Source: an uncultured Lachnospiraceae bacterium (GTDB lineage Bacteria; Bacillota; Clostridia; Lachnospirales; Lachnospiraceae). From it: 64,000 nt of DNA. Positions 57,602-64,000 of this stretch are shown one piece after another (position 1 is the stretch's first letter; each line of letters starts with the position of its first letter). The DNA is taken from assembly GCA_910586355.1 (NCBI GenBank), contig CAJUHJ010000001.1:69615-133614 (forward strand). Reading direction: 5' to 3'. Position numbers and translations under genes: made by a program. Under the pieces are notes generated by a model. That model did not search any database. It saw nothing but the letters and a program-made list of their open reading frames with translations, and was not told the DNA's origin.

Positions 57602-58431
57602 AATTAGGAGAAAAGCAAACACTGGTTATGGTAAAACAGGTAGAATTCGGTATCTATCTTGCCGAACATATGGAAGATGATACAAGGGTGCTGCTTCCGG
57701 CAAAACAAGTGCCGGAAAATATTTCGTTAGGGGATGAAATCGAAGTTTTTCTGTATAAAGACTCAAAAGACAGATTAATTGCAACGACGAATGAACCTTT
57801 GATTTTGCTGGGGCAGACAGCAGTTTTAAAAGTACTTGAAGTAGGAGAAATCGGCGCGTTTTTGGATTGGGGACTGGAAAAGGATTTGTTTCTTCCTTAT
57901 AAAGAAATGACAAGGAAGGCCGAGGAAGGGGACGAATTTCTGGTAACGTTGTATATTGATAAAAGTCAGAGACTGTGCGCCAGCATGAGAAATTTATACG
58001 CGCTTTTATCACAGGATTCTCCGTATCAGAAAGGGGATACGGTTACAGGAAGAATTTACGAATTCAGTGGAAATTTTGGTACATTTGCAGCCGTAGACGA
58101 TAAATATTCGGCGATGATACCTTCGTTTGAGGACGTGAGCCATTTAAAAGTCGGCGATGTGGTTACAGCAAAAGTTTCAAATGTCAAACCGGATGGAAAG
58201 TTGGACTTAACACTTCGCGAAAAGGCGCATATACAAATGGATAGCGATGCAGAATCTGTTATGAAAGTGATAGAAGAGTATGGCGGAGTTCTGCCGTTTA
58301 ATGATAAGGCTTCTCCGGAGGTGATTAAACAAGAAATGCACATGAGCAAAAATGCGTTTAAACGTGCGGTTGGACGGCTTTATAAAGAACGGAAGATAGA
58401 AATTACAGACACAAATATTCGGAAAGTATGA
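57598..58431 (+). CDS. cvfB: CvfB-family S1 RNA-binding protein
   Basis: FGIYL, VFLYKDSKDRLIATT, GAFLDWGLEKDLFLP, SKNAFKRAVGRL. Confidence 0.9.
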   Translation: MKLGEKQTLVMVKQVEFGIYLAEHMEDDTRVLLPAKQVPENISLGDEIEVFLYKDSKDRLIATTNEPLILLGQTAVLKVLEVGEIGAFLDWGLEKDLFLPYKEMTRKAEEGDEFLVTLYIDKSQRLCASMRNLYALLSQDSPYQKGDTVTGRIYEFSGNFGTFAAVDDKYSAMIPSFEDVSHLKVGDVVTAKVSNVKPDGKLDLTLREKAHIQMDSDAESVMKVIEEYGGVLPFNDKASPEVIKQEMHMSKNAFKRAVGRLYKERKIEITDTNIRKV

Positions 58432-58441
58432 GGGATAACAA

Positions 58442-59338
58442 ATGTATGATGTCATAATAATAGGCGGCGGCCCTGCAGGAATGGCGGCGGCAATTTATGC
58501 TGCAAGGGCATGTTTAAAGACATTACTAATAGAGAAACAGCCAATTGGCGGAGGGCAGGTATTAAATACCGCAGAAGTGGATAACTATCCTGGAATTCCA
58601 ATGGTAAGTGGATTTGAACTAGGACAGAAGTTTTCGGAGCATGTCAGGCAGCTTGGGATTGTCCAGGTGACGGCGGATGTAACCTCCATAGACTGTATGG
58701 GGCCGGTGAAAAAAGTGGCGACACAACAGGAAGTATATGAAGCGGCTCATTTGATTTATGCTGCCGGAGCTTCCTATAAAAAACTGGGTGTGGCCGGAGA
58801 AGAAGAATTCCGCGGCAGAGGAGTTTCTTATTGCGCTACATGCGACGGGGCATTTTTCAAAGGAAAGACGACGGCGGTAGTCGGTGGCGGAGATACTGCG
58901 TTGGAAGACGCTTTATTTTTGGCGAACGTCTGTAAGAAAGTATATTTGGTTCACAGAAGAGATTCATTCCGAGGAGCAAAAACACTTCAAAACCGGGTAT
59001 TGGCGGCAGAAAATATTGAGCTGGCTTTGGAATCTGAGGTGGAGGAAATCAAAGGAAGCGATACAGTGGAGGAAATTGTTTTGTTTCATAAGCCCAAAAA
59101 CGAGAAAAGCAGACTTGCCGTAGACGGTGTATTTCTTGCAGTAGGAATGATACCGCAGACAAAACTGTTGGAAGGTCAGGTTGATTTGGATGAAAACGGT
59201 TATATTCTGGCAGGAGAGAACTGTCTGACAAATATAACCGGCGTATATGCGGCCGGAGACGTCAGGGTTAAACCGCTTCGGCAGATTCTTACTGCGGCGT
59301 CAGATGGGGCAAACGCAGTTGCTGATATTGTAAAATAA
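58442..59338 (+). CDS. trxB: thioredoxin-disulfide reductase
   Basis: IIGGGPAG, GVSYCATCDG, VVGGGDTA, HRRD, AAGD. Confidence 0.95.
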   Translation: MYDVIIIGGGPAGMAAAIYAARACLKTLLIEKQPIGGGQVLNTAEVDNYPGIPMVSGFELGQKFSEHVRQLGIVQVTADVTSIDCMGPVKKVATQQEVYEAAHLIYAAGASYKKLGVAGEEEFRGRGVSYCATCDGAFFKGKTTAVVGGGDTALEDALFLANVCKKVYLVHRRDSFRGAKTLQNRVLAAENIELALESEVEEIKGSDTVEEIVLFHKPKNEKSRLAVDGVFLAVGMIPQTKLLEGQVDLDENGYILAGENCLTNITGVYAAGDVRVKPLRQILTAASDGANAVADIVK

Positions 59339-59367
59339 AAAAGGTAAAAAGAGGATGAAATAAGAAT

Positions 59368-59889
59368 CTATTTTTGGGTTTTGGACGTTTTAGAAATAAT
59401 AGTATTTTGTTGGAACTGCTGTTCAAGCGCACGATAGATTTTGAATACATCAGGGAAAATAACCTTTGCACCACGTTTTGCCATAGCCAGAACATGACGT
59501 GCATTCTTCTCTATATCAGCGGCTATTCTGTCATCAATTCTAATGGGGCAGTTATTTTTATCAATGTATGCAGTCAAATATTTTCTCGTTGCAGGGCACA
59601 TATTTTGGATTAGAAATGCTGTATTCCTTCCAAGAACTGTACCGAAACGAATTGTATGGCAATGTCCATATTTATTGATTTTATCCTTTTCTATTCGCTT
59701 GAATTTCTCGAATCTTGACGAAATTGGTACAATCCAATAAATATCAGCTATTTTAGTATCTTTAAATGCAAAAAAGCAAGGACGGCTATGCGGTGTTCCA
59801 TTAATATTATCTTTATTTTGCATAAGATTGTCATCTGGAAAATCCTGGTAATACTGATCCGAAAGAAAATACAACTGAGCCTGTGACAT
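59368..59889 (-). CDS. cptN: type III toxin-antitoxin toxin, CptN family endoribonuclease
   Basis: LYFLSDQYY..D..LMQNK...RPCFF...IYWIVPISSR..KFK...AFLIQNMCP pattern matches CptN; GGAG RBS; lies downstream of the repeat array and terminator. Confidence 0.85.
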   Translation of the reverse strand: MSQAQLYFLSDQYYQDFPDDNLMQNKDNINGTPHSRPCFFAFKDTKIADIYWIVPISSRFEKFKRIEKDKINKYGHCHTIRFGTVLGRNTAFLIQNMCPATRKYLTAYIDKNNCPIRIDDRIAADIEKNARHVLAMAKRGAKVIFPDVFKIYRALEQQFQQNTIISKTSKTQK

Positions 59890-59912
59890 GAAAAATCTCC
59901 TAATATATGGTA

Positions 59913-59947
59913 TAAAAGTAACGCCCTGCCTTCTGGCAGGGCATTAC
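59913..59947 (-). terminator. intrinsic terminator between antitoxin RNA and toxin
   Basis: Minus strand GTAATGCCCTGCC-AGAA-GGCAGGGCGTTAC followed by TTTTA. Confidence 0.85.
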
Positions 59948-59957
59948 AAACGTTTTA

Positions 59958-60050
59958 ATCCCGACCATTTATAAGCCGCATATCGGGGAGCGAACACTAT
60001 TTGTTATCCTGACCATTTATAAGCCGCATATCAGGGAGCGAACACTATTT
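59958..60050 (-). ncRNA. cptI: CptI-like type III antitoxin RNA: two 45-nt direct repeats, period 48
   Basis: 59958-60002 and 60006-60050 match at 43 of 45 positions; the two differences are a compensatory pair (CCCGA..UCGGG vs CCUGA..UCAGG). Confidence 0.85.
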
Positions 60051-60080
60051 TGGGAAGAATCATCTTCTCCATATGATAGT

Positions 60081-60109
60081 ATTATACGAATAAAACGATT
60101 CTATGTCAA
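60081..60109 (-). promoter_or_regulatory. sigma-A promoter of cptIN
   Basis: Minus strand perfect TTGACA (60109-60104), 17-bp spacer, TATAAT (60086-60081). Confidence 0.85.
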
Positions 60110-60198
60110 TTACGCTTTGAAAAATTCTTATATCTTATTTATGTTATCCCTATCTGCTTTTATTCATAAATTTTCATCCAATTTTTCAGATGTAACAT

Positions 60199-60528
60199 CT
60201 ATTCCATATCGACAAGTTTTTTGATGGCGTCAAGCATGTCGGGATGCTGTCTGATGTGCAGAATGAGTTCTTCTTCGAAATGCGTAATTTGCAGAGCCGT
60301 TTTATTGTTATATCCAAATGTTCCAAGAATATCATTTATGTTGTAAATTTCACAAAGAAACAGTAATGTATCTGCAGTTGGCTGTGACTGCCCATTTTCC
60401 CAGCCATAGATTGTTTTTATCGAAACATTGATGGATTTATCTTGTAATCTGCCAACGACTTCCTTGACAGAAAGTGCATTTTGCTTTCGGGCTTCTTTGA
60501 GTACCTTTGCAATCATTTCGTTCTTCAT
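60199..60528 (-). CDS. XRE-family repressor-like HTH protein
   Basis: LKEARKQNALSVKEV...VSIKTIYGWENGQSQP; ATG 60528 follows GGAGG (track start 60549). Confidence 0.85.
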   Translation of the reverse strand: MKNEMIAKVLKEARKQNALSVKEVVGRLQDKSINVSIKTIYGWENGQSQPTADTLLFLCEIYNINDILGTFGYNNKTALQITHFEEELILHIRQHPDMLDAIKKLVDME

Positions 60529-60694
60529 AGTTACCTCCAGTAAAATCATTTGTGAAATCAGATATATTTATATTATAGCAGTATCCAAATCTCGTCAAAT
60601 AATTCTTCTGATTTAAGAAAATTACAGTTGAAAATCTATTTATAAAAGAATATAATAGCACTATATCTTAATTTTCTAGAAGGGTGGCGCTTTT

Positions 60695-60898
60695 GTGCAA
60701 AGTAAAAATGTAACAGAATGGATTGCAAATTACATTAAAGATCAGGGAATTTCCGTAGAGGAACTTTCAATTCAACTTCATTTGCCGGAATCAAAACTAA
60801 GAGGCGGTACAAATGAAGATTTAAGCGCAGAGGAATTCCTAAATCTTTGTAGTTATCTGAAAATTACACCAGAACAGATACGAAATGAGATAAGATAA
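60695..60898 (+). CDS. small Cro-like HTH protein
   Basis: 67 aa, IANYIKDQGISVEELS...LSAEEFLNLCSYL; divergent from the XRE gene; TTGAAA-17-TATAAT at 60628-60656. Confidence 0.7.
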   Translation: MQSKNVTEWIANYIKDQGISVEELSIQLHLPESKLRGGTNEDLSAEEFLNLCSYLKITPEQIRNEIR

Positions 60899-61237
60899 TC
60901 TTTTTACGCTGCCCATCTTTTCATAAAGTTTTTATGGATGAGTGTAAATGAGTAGGAATTTTTATATAGTCCAATCCTTTCTTTTGACACATTTCATAAA
61001 ATTCTTCACTTTTACCGTTTTCTTCCCACTGGAAATATTGTTCATGTGCGTATGCCAGTTCTAAATCTGATAAGAAATTTGAAACAAAATTCTTTCATCC
61101 TTTGCTGCGTAAATCCCAGTACTTTTGTATTTCTGTAATAAATTGTTTGTAGTTTATTCAAAACACCCCAAATTAAGTTGGATGGAAACCAATTGTAAAT
61201 GATTATCATTCTGGATCATCCATTTCAGGTATGAAAA

Positions 61238-61263
61238 ACAAATTTATATTTGCTGCATATGAT
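61238..61263 (+). promoter_or_regulatory. putative sigma-K (late mother-cell) promoter
   Basis: AC (61238-61239), 16-bp spacer, CATATGAT (61256-61263), upstream of spore-surface genes. Confidence 0.4.
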
Positions 61264-61369
61264 TAATTATATCCTCTGGGAATTACAATACGACACGTAC
61301 TTTTCGGGCGGTTGTAAGAGGGAGGATAAAGAAATCATCGTTGAAAATCAAATTGAAATGAGGTGGGAT

Positions 61370-62062
61370 TTGTTGAATAATTTTAATCCAAATTGGTTGT
61401 TTCAGCCTCCAAATTTGTTTGGCATGAGAAGAAATCCTTCTCAATGTGCAGATACAAATGAATCTGTGGAATATAATTCTTGCGATTGTGAGCCTGGGGA
61501 GTTGGAGCTGATTTGTCCATGGGATTGTTGTGGTGGATGTGGAAAGCCGGGATGTCAGGGAGAACGTGGGGAAGTAGGGCCGCAGGGTGCGGTAGGGCCG
61601 CAGGGACCAAGAGGAGAACGGGGAGAACGTGGTCCGGCAGGACCATGCGGTTATCCGCAAAACTGTATTTTTGCATCATTTGCCGGACAGGATATTATCT
61701 TACCTGAAAGAGCTTGTTTTCCGCTTAAAATAGATATATCAGATATTACCCAAAATATATCTCTTTGTAACGAGTATTCTGTATCGCTGACTCCTGGATA
61801 TTATGCTGTCTATTATTATTTGTCCACTGAAATAAAAAGGCGCGGCTTTATGAAACTGACTCCTGTATTGAATGATTGTATACAGACAATTTATGGCGCA
61901 TATGCAGAAGCAGAAAAGCGAAAGGAAGAAATACTTGTGCTTTCAAGATATTTTTTTATAGAAATACCTTGTGCATCCACACTTTATTTTGCATGGGAAT
62001 CTTCCGCCGTATCTTCTCAAATCAGTATGTATCTTAGTATAGAAAAGCTTGGCAGGCAGTAA
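61370..62062 (+). CDS. Cys-rich short collagen-like protein (spore surface)
   Basis: Cys-rich N-terminal part, about a dozen GXY triplets (GKPGCQGERGEVGPQG...), C-terminal globular domain. TTG 61370 follows GAGGTG; start uncertain (track 61250). Confidence 0.7.
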   Translation: MLNNFNPNWLFQPPNLFGMRRNPSQCADTNESVEYNSCDCEPGELELICPWDCCGGCGKPGCQGERGEVGPQGAVGPQGPRGERGERGPAGPCGYPQNCIFASFAGQDIILPERACFPLKIDISDITQNISLCNEYSVSLTPGYYAVYYYLSTEIKRRGFMKLTPVLNDCIQTIYGAYAEAEKRKEEILVLSRYFFIEIPCASTLYFAWESSAVSSQISMYLSIEKLGRQ

Positions 62063-62087
62063 TTTCTGAGAGGGGGAAGGATTCAAT

Positions 62088-63164
62088 ATGCCTACAATTA
62101 GTCTTTGTATGATTGTGAAAGACGAGGAAATGAATATTGCGCGTTGTCTTGACAGCGCAGCGAGTCTTGTAGATGAAATTATCATTGTAGATACTGGGTC
62201 AAAAGACCAGACGGTAGAAATCGCATCCAAGTATACGTCTAAGGTATATTCCTATTTATGGAATGATGATTTTTCTGATGCAAGAAACTATTCTTTTTCG
62301 AAAGCGTCTATGGATTATTGTATGTGGATGGACGCGGATGATATTCTTGAAAATACGGAAAAAGAAAAATTTTTACAGTTAAAAGAAACTTTATCGCCGG
62401 ATGTGGATATTGTTATGATGAAATATCATACTGCTTTTGATGAAGTCGGGAAACCTTCTTTTTCTTATTTTAGGGAAAGATGGATTCGAAACTGTTCTAA
62501 GTACCGTTGGGTCGGTGCGGTCCATGAAGTAATACCTCCTAGCGGCAGCATCGTTTATTCCGATATTGCAGTCAGTCATAAAAAGATAAAAGTACAAGAT
62601 CCTGACCGGAATCTGAATATATATAGGAAAGTTTTGGCAGAGGGAAAACATTTGGAAGCAAGGCAGCAATATTATTATGGGCGGGAGTTATATTATCATA
62701 AACAATACGAAGAAGCTGTTTTTGTATTGCAAGAATTTTTGCTTTCCGAAGAGGGATGGATTGAAAATAAAATAGAGGCCTGCCTGGTTTGCGCGAACTG
62801 TTATAATCATCTTGATAAAGAACAGTCTGCGTTAAACGCTCTTTTGCGCAGTATGAGTTATGATATGCCAAGGGCTGAAATATGCTGTGAAATCGGAAAA
62901 TATTTTCTGGATCATGGAAATTATTCTATTGCTGCCTACTGGTATGAGACTGCGCTGGGCAGACCCCAAAATGAATATTCAGGTGGGTTTGTTCTGCCGG
63001 ACTGCTATGATTATATACCATTATTGCAGTTGTGCGTGTGTTTTGACAAGCTGGGAAATCGGAAATTAGCAAAGGAATATAACGAAAAAGCAGGAGCATG
63101 TAAGCCCTATTCTAAGGCGTATCTCTATAATAAACAGTATTTTGATAGCTTTCAGATTACTTAG
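62088..63164 (+). CDS. GT2 glycosyltransferase with C-terminal TPR repeats (collagen-like protein glycosylation type)
   Basis: ISLCMIVKDEE, VDTGSKD, DFSDARN, WMDADD, VHE, then YYYGRE and PRAEICCEIG TPR-like helices. Confidence 0.88.
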   Translation: MPTISLCMIVKDEEMNIARCLDSAASLVDEIIIVDTGSKDQTVEIASKYTSKVYSYLWNDDFSDARNYSFSKASMDYCMWMDADDILENTEKEKFLQLKETLSPDVDIVMMKYHTAFDEVGKPSFSYFRERWIRNCSKYRWVGAVHEVIPPSGSIVYSDIAVSHKKIKVQDPDRNLNIYRKVLAEGKHLEARQQYYYGRELYYHKQYEEAVFVLQEFLLSEEGWIENKIEACLVCANCYNHLDKEQSALNALLRSMSYDMPRAEICCEIGKYFLDHGNYSIAAYWYETALGRPQNEYSGGFVLPDCYDYIPLLQLCVCFDKLGNRKLAKEYNEKAGACKPYSKAYLYNKQYFDSFQIT

Positions 63165-63268
63165 GCATTTTCAAATGTGTCACCAATATTGGGTCTGAAT
63201 ATAAAATATTTTCAGAAAAAGATACTAACAAGTGTTTTTTTCAGAAAATTTAGAAAGGATTTGATATT

Positions 63269-64000
63269 ATGGAAAAGAAAAATCCATGCAGTAACTGTCA
63301 ACATCAATGTCATCCAACCTGTTGTGAACGTGGGCCTGCTGGACCTAAGGGAGATCAGGGGCCAATGGGACCGCAGGGAATGAAGGGAGATACCGGATGT
63401 CCCGGCCCAAAGGGCGACAGAGGAGAACAAGGGCCAATAGGGCCGCAGGGGATTCCTGGAGCCCCTGGAGATAGGGGACCAAGAGGAAATACAGGACCGG
63501 TAGGGCCGACCGGAAATACGGGACCTAGAGGATATATTGGGCCAAGAGGATACGCCGGACCCCAGGGTATTCAGGGAATTCAAGGCGTCCGAGGTGATAT
63601 TGGGCCAAAAGGCGATCCAGGTTGTGAAGGGCCTAAGGGTGATATTGGACCTCAGGGGCCGGCAGGACCGACGGGACCAACCGGAGCAGATGGAGCGACC
63701 GGAGCAACTGGAGCAGATGGAGCGACTGGAGCAACCGGGGCAACTGGAGCAGATGGAGCGACCGGGGCGACTGGAGCAACCGGAGCAGATGGAGCGACCG
63801 GGGCGACTGGAGCAACCGGGGCAACTGGAGCAGATGGAGCGACCGGGGCAACTGGGGCAACCGGAGCAGATGGAGCGACCGGGGCAACTGGAGCAACCGG
63901 AGCAGATGGCGTGACTGGAGCAACCGGAACAACAGGGGCAACCGGCGCTGCGGGCACGGGAGCGATTATTCCATTTGCATCAGGACTGCCGGTTTCTCTG
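63269..64000 (+). CDS. BclB-like exosporium collagen protein, truncated by the window end (not in the ORF track)
   Basis: [28 protein letters not shown], long GXY tract (GPA GPK GDQ...GAD GAT), then [14 protein letters not shown], which resembles the start of the BclB C-terminal domain. Confidence 0.85.
   Translation, partial: MEKKNPCSNCQHQCHPTCCERGPAGPKGDQGPMGPQGMKGDTGCPGPKGDRGEQGPIGPQGIPGAPGDRGPRGNTGPVGPTGNTGPRGYIGPRGYAGPQGIQGIQGVRGDIGPKGDPGCEGPKGDIGPQGPAGPTGPTGADGATGATGADGATGATGATGADGATGATGATGADGATGATGATGATGADGATGATGATGADGATGATGATGADGVTGATGTTGATGAAGTGAIIPFASGLPVSL
63683..63945 (+). repeat. 9-bp-unit coding tandem repeat (GAD/GAT collagen triplets)
   Basis: Units ggagcagat, ggagcgacc, ggagcaact/acc and ggggcaact repeated in 27-45-bp higher-order blocks. 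Confidence 0.9.

Noticed and set aside
59958..60050. Direct repeats as a mini CRISPR array
   Set aside because: Only 3 nt separate the two 45-nt copies, so there is no spacer, and no cas genes are present. The context fits a type III antitoxin.
63212..63957. Repetitive ORFs 63537-63914(+), 63633-63941(-), 63652-63957(-), 63212-63583(-)
   Set aside because: Alternative-frame shadows of the collagen repeat gene starting at 63269.

Overview
A 64-kb chromosomal window from a low-GC, spore-forming Firmicute; gene content and RBS/promoter style suggest Lachnospiraceae/Clostridia (inference). Layout: (i) 1.1-19.3 kb, a cell-surface polysaccharide locus with a GtrB/GtrA/GT-C-like module, GT2s, a Wzx flippase, a priming sugar transferase, rhamnosyltransferases and an LCP ligase. 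(ii) 19.5-37.2 kb, HtrA, a papain-like surface protease, carbamate kinase, two FN3-rich autolysins, AraC plus a sugar ABC transporter, an XRE regulator and an FN3 surface protein. (iii) 37.3-39.5 kb, an AT-rich two-gene cassette: a small YwgA/SocA(Panacea)-like protein plus a SAMHD1-like HD phosphohydrolase, with a possible LexA box. This is the best candidate for an undescribed defence or toxin-antitoxin system. (iv) 39.5-59.3 kb, housekeeping genes (PaaI, MetH without its reactivation domain, pta, PBP1A, yigZ, thioesterase, cvfB, trxB), three tRNAs (Val-TAC, Met-CAT, Gln-CTG) and a 2768-aa modular glycoside hydrolase. (v) 59.4-64 kb, a complete type III toxin-antitoxin locus of CptIN type (promoter, two 45-nt RNA repeats with a compensatory base change, terminator, toxin), a divergent XRE/Cro-like pair, and an exosporium collagen/glycosyltransferase cluster that runs off the window end. 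All family assignments come from motif recognition by eye; no searches were run.
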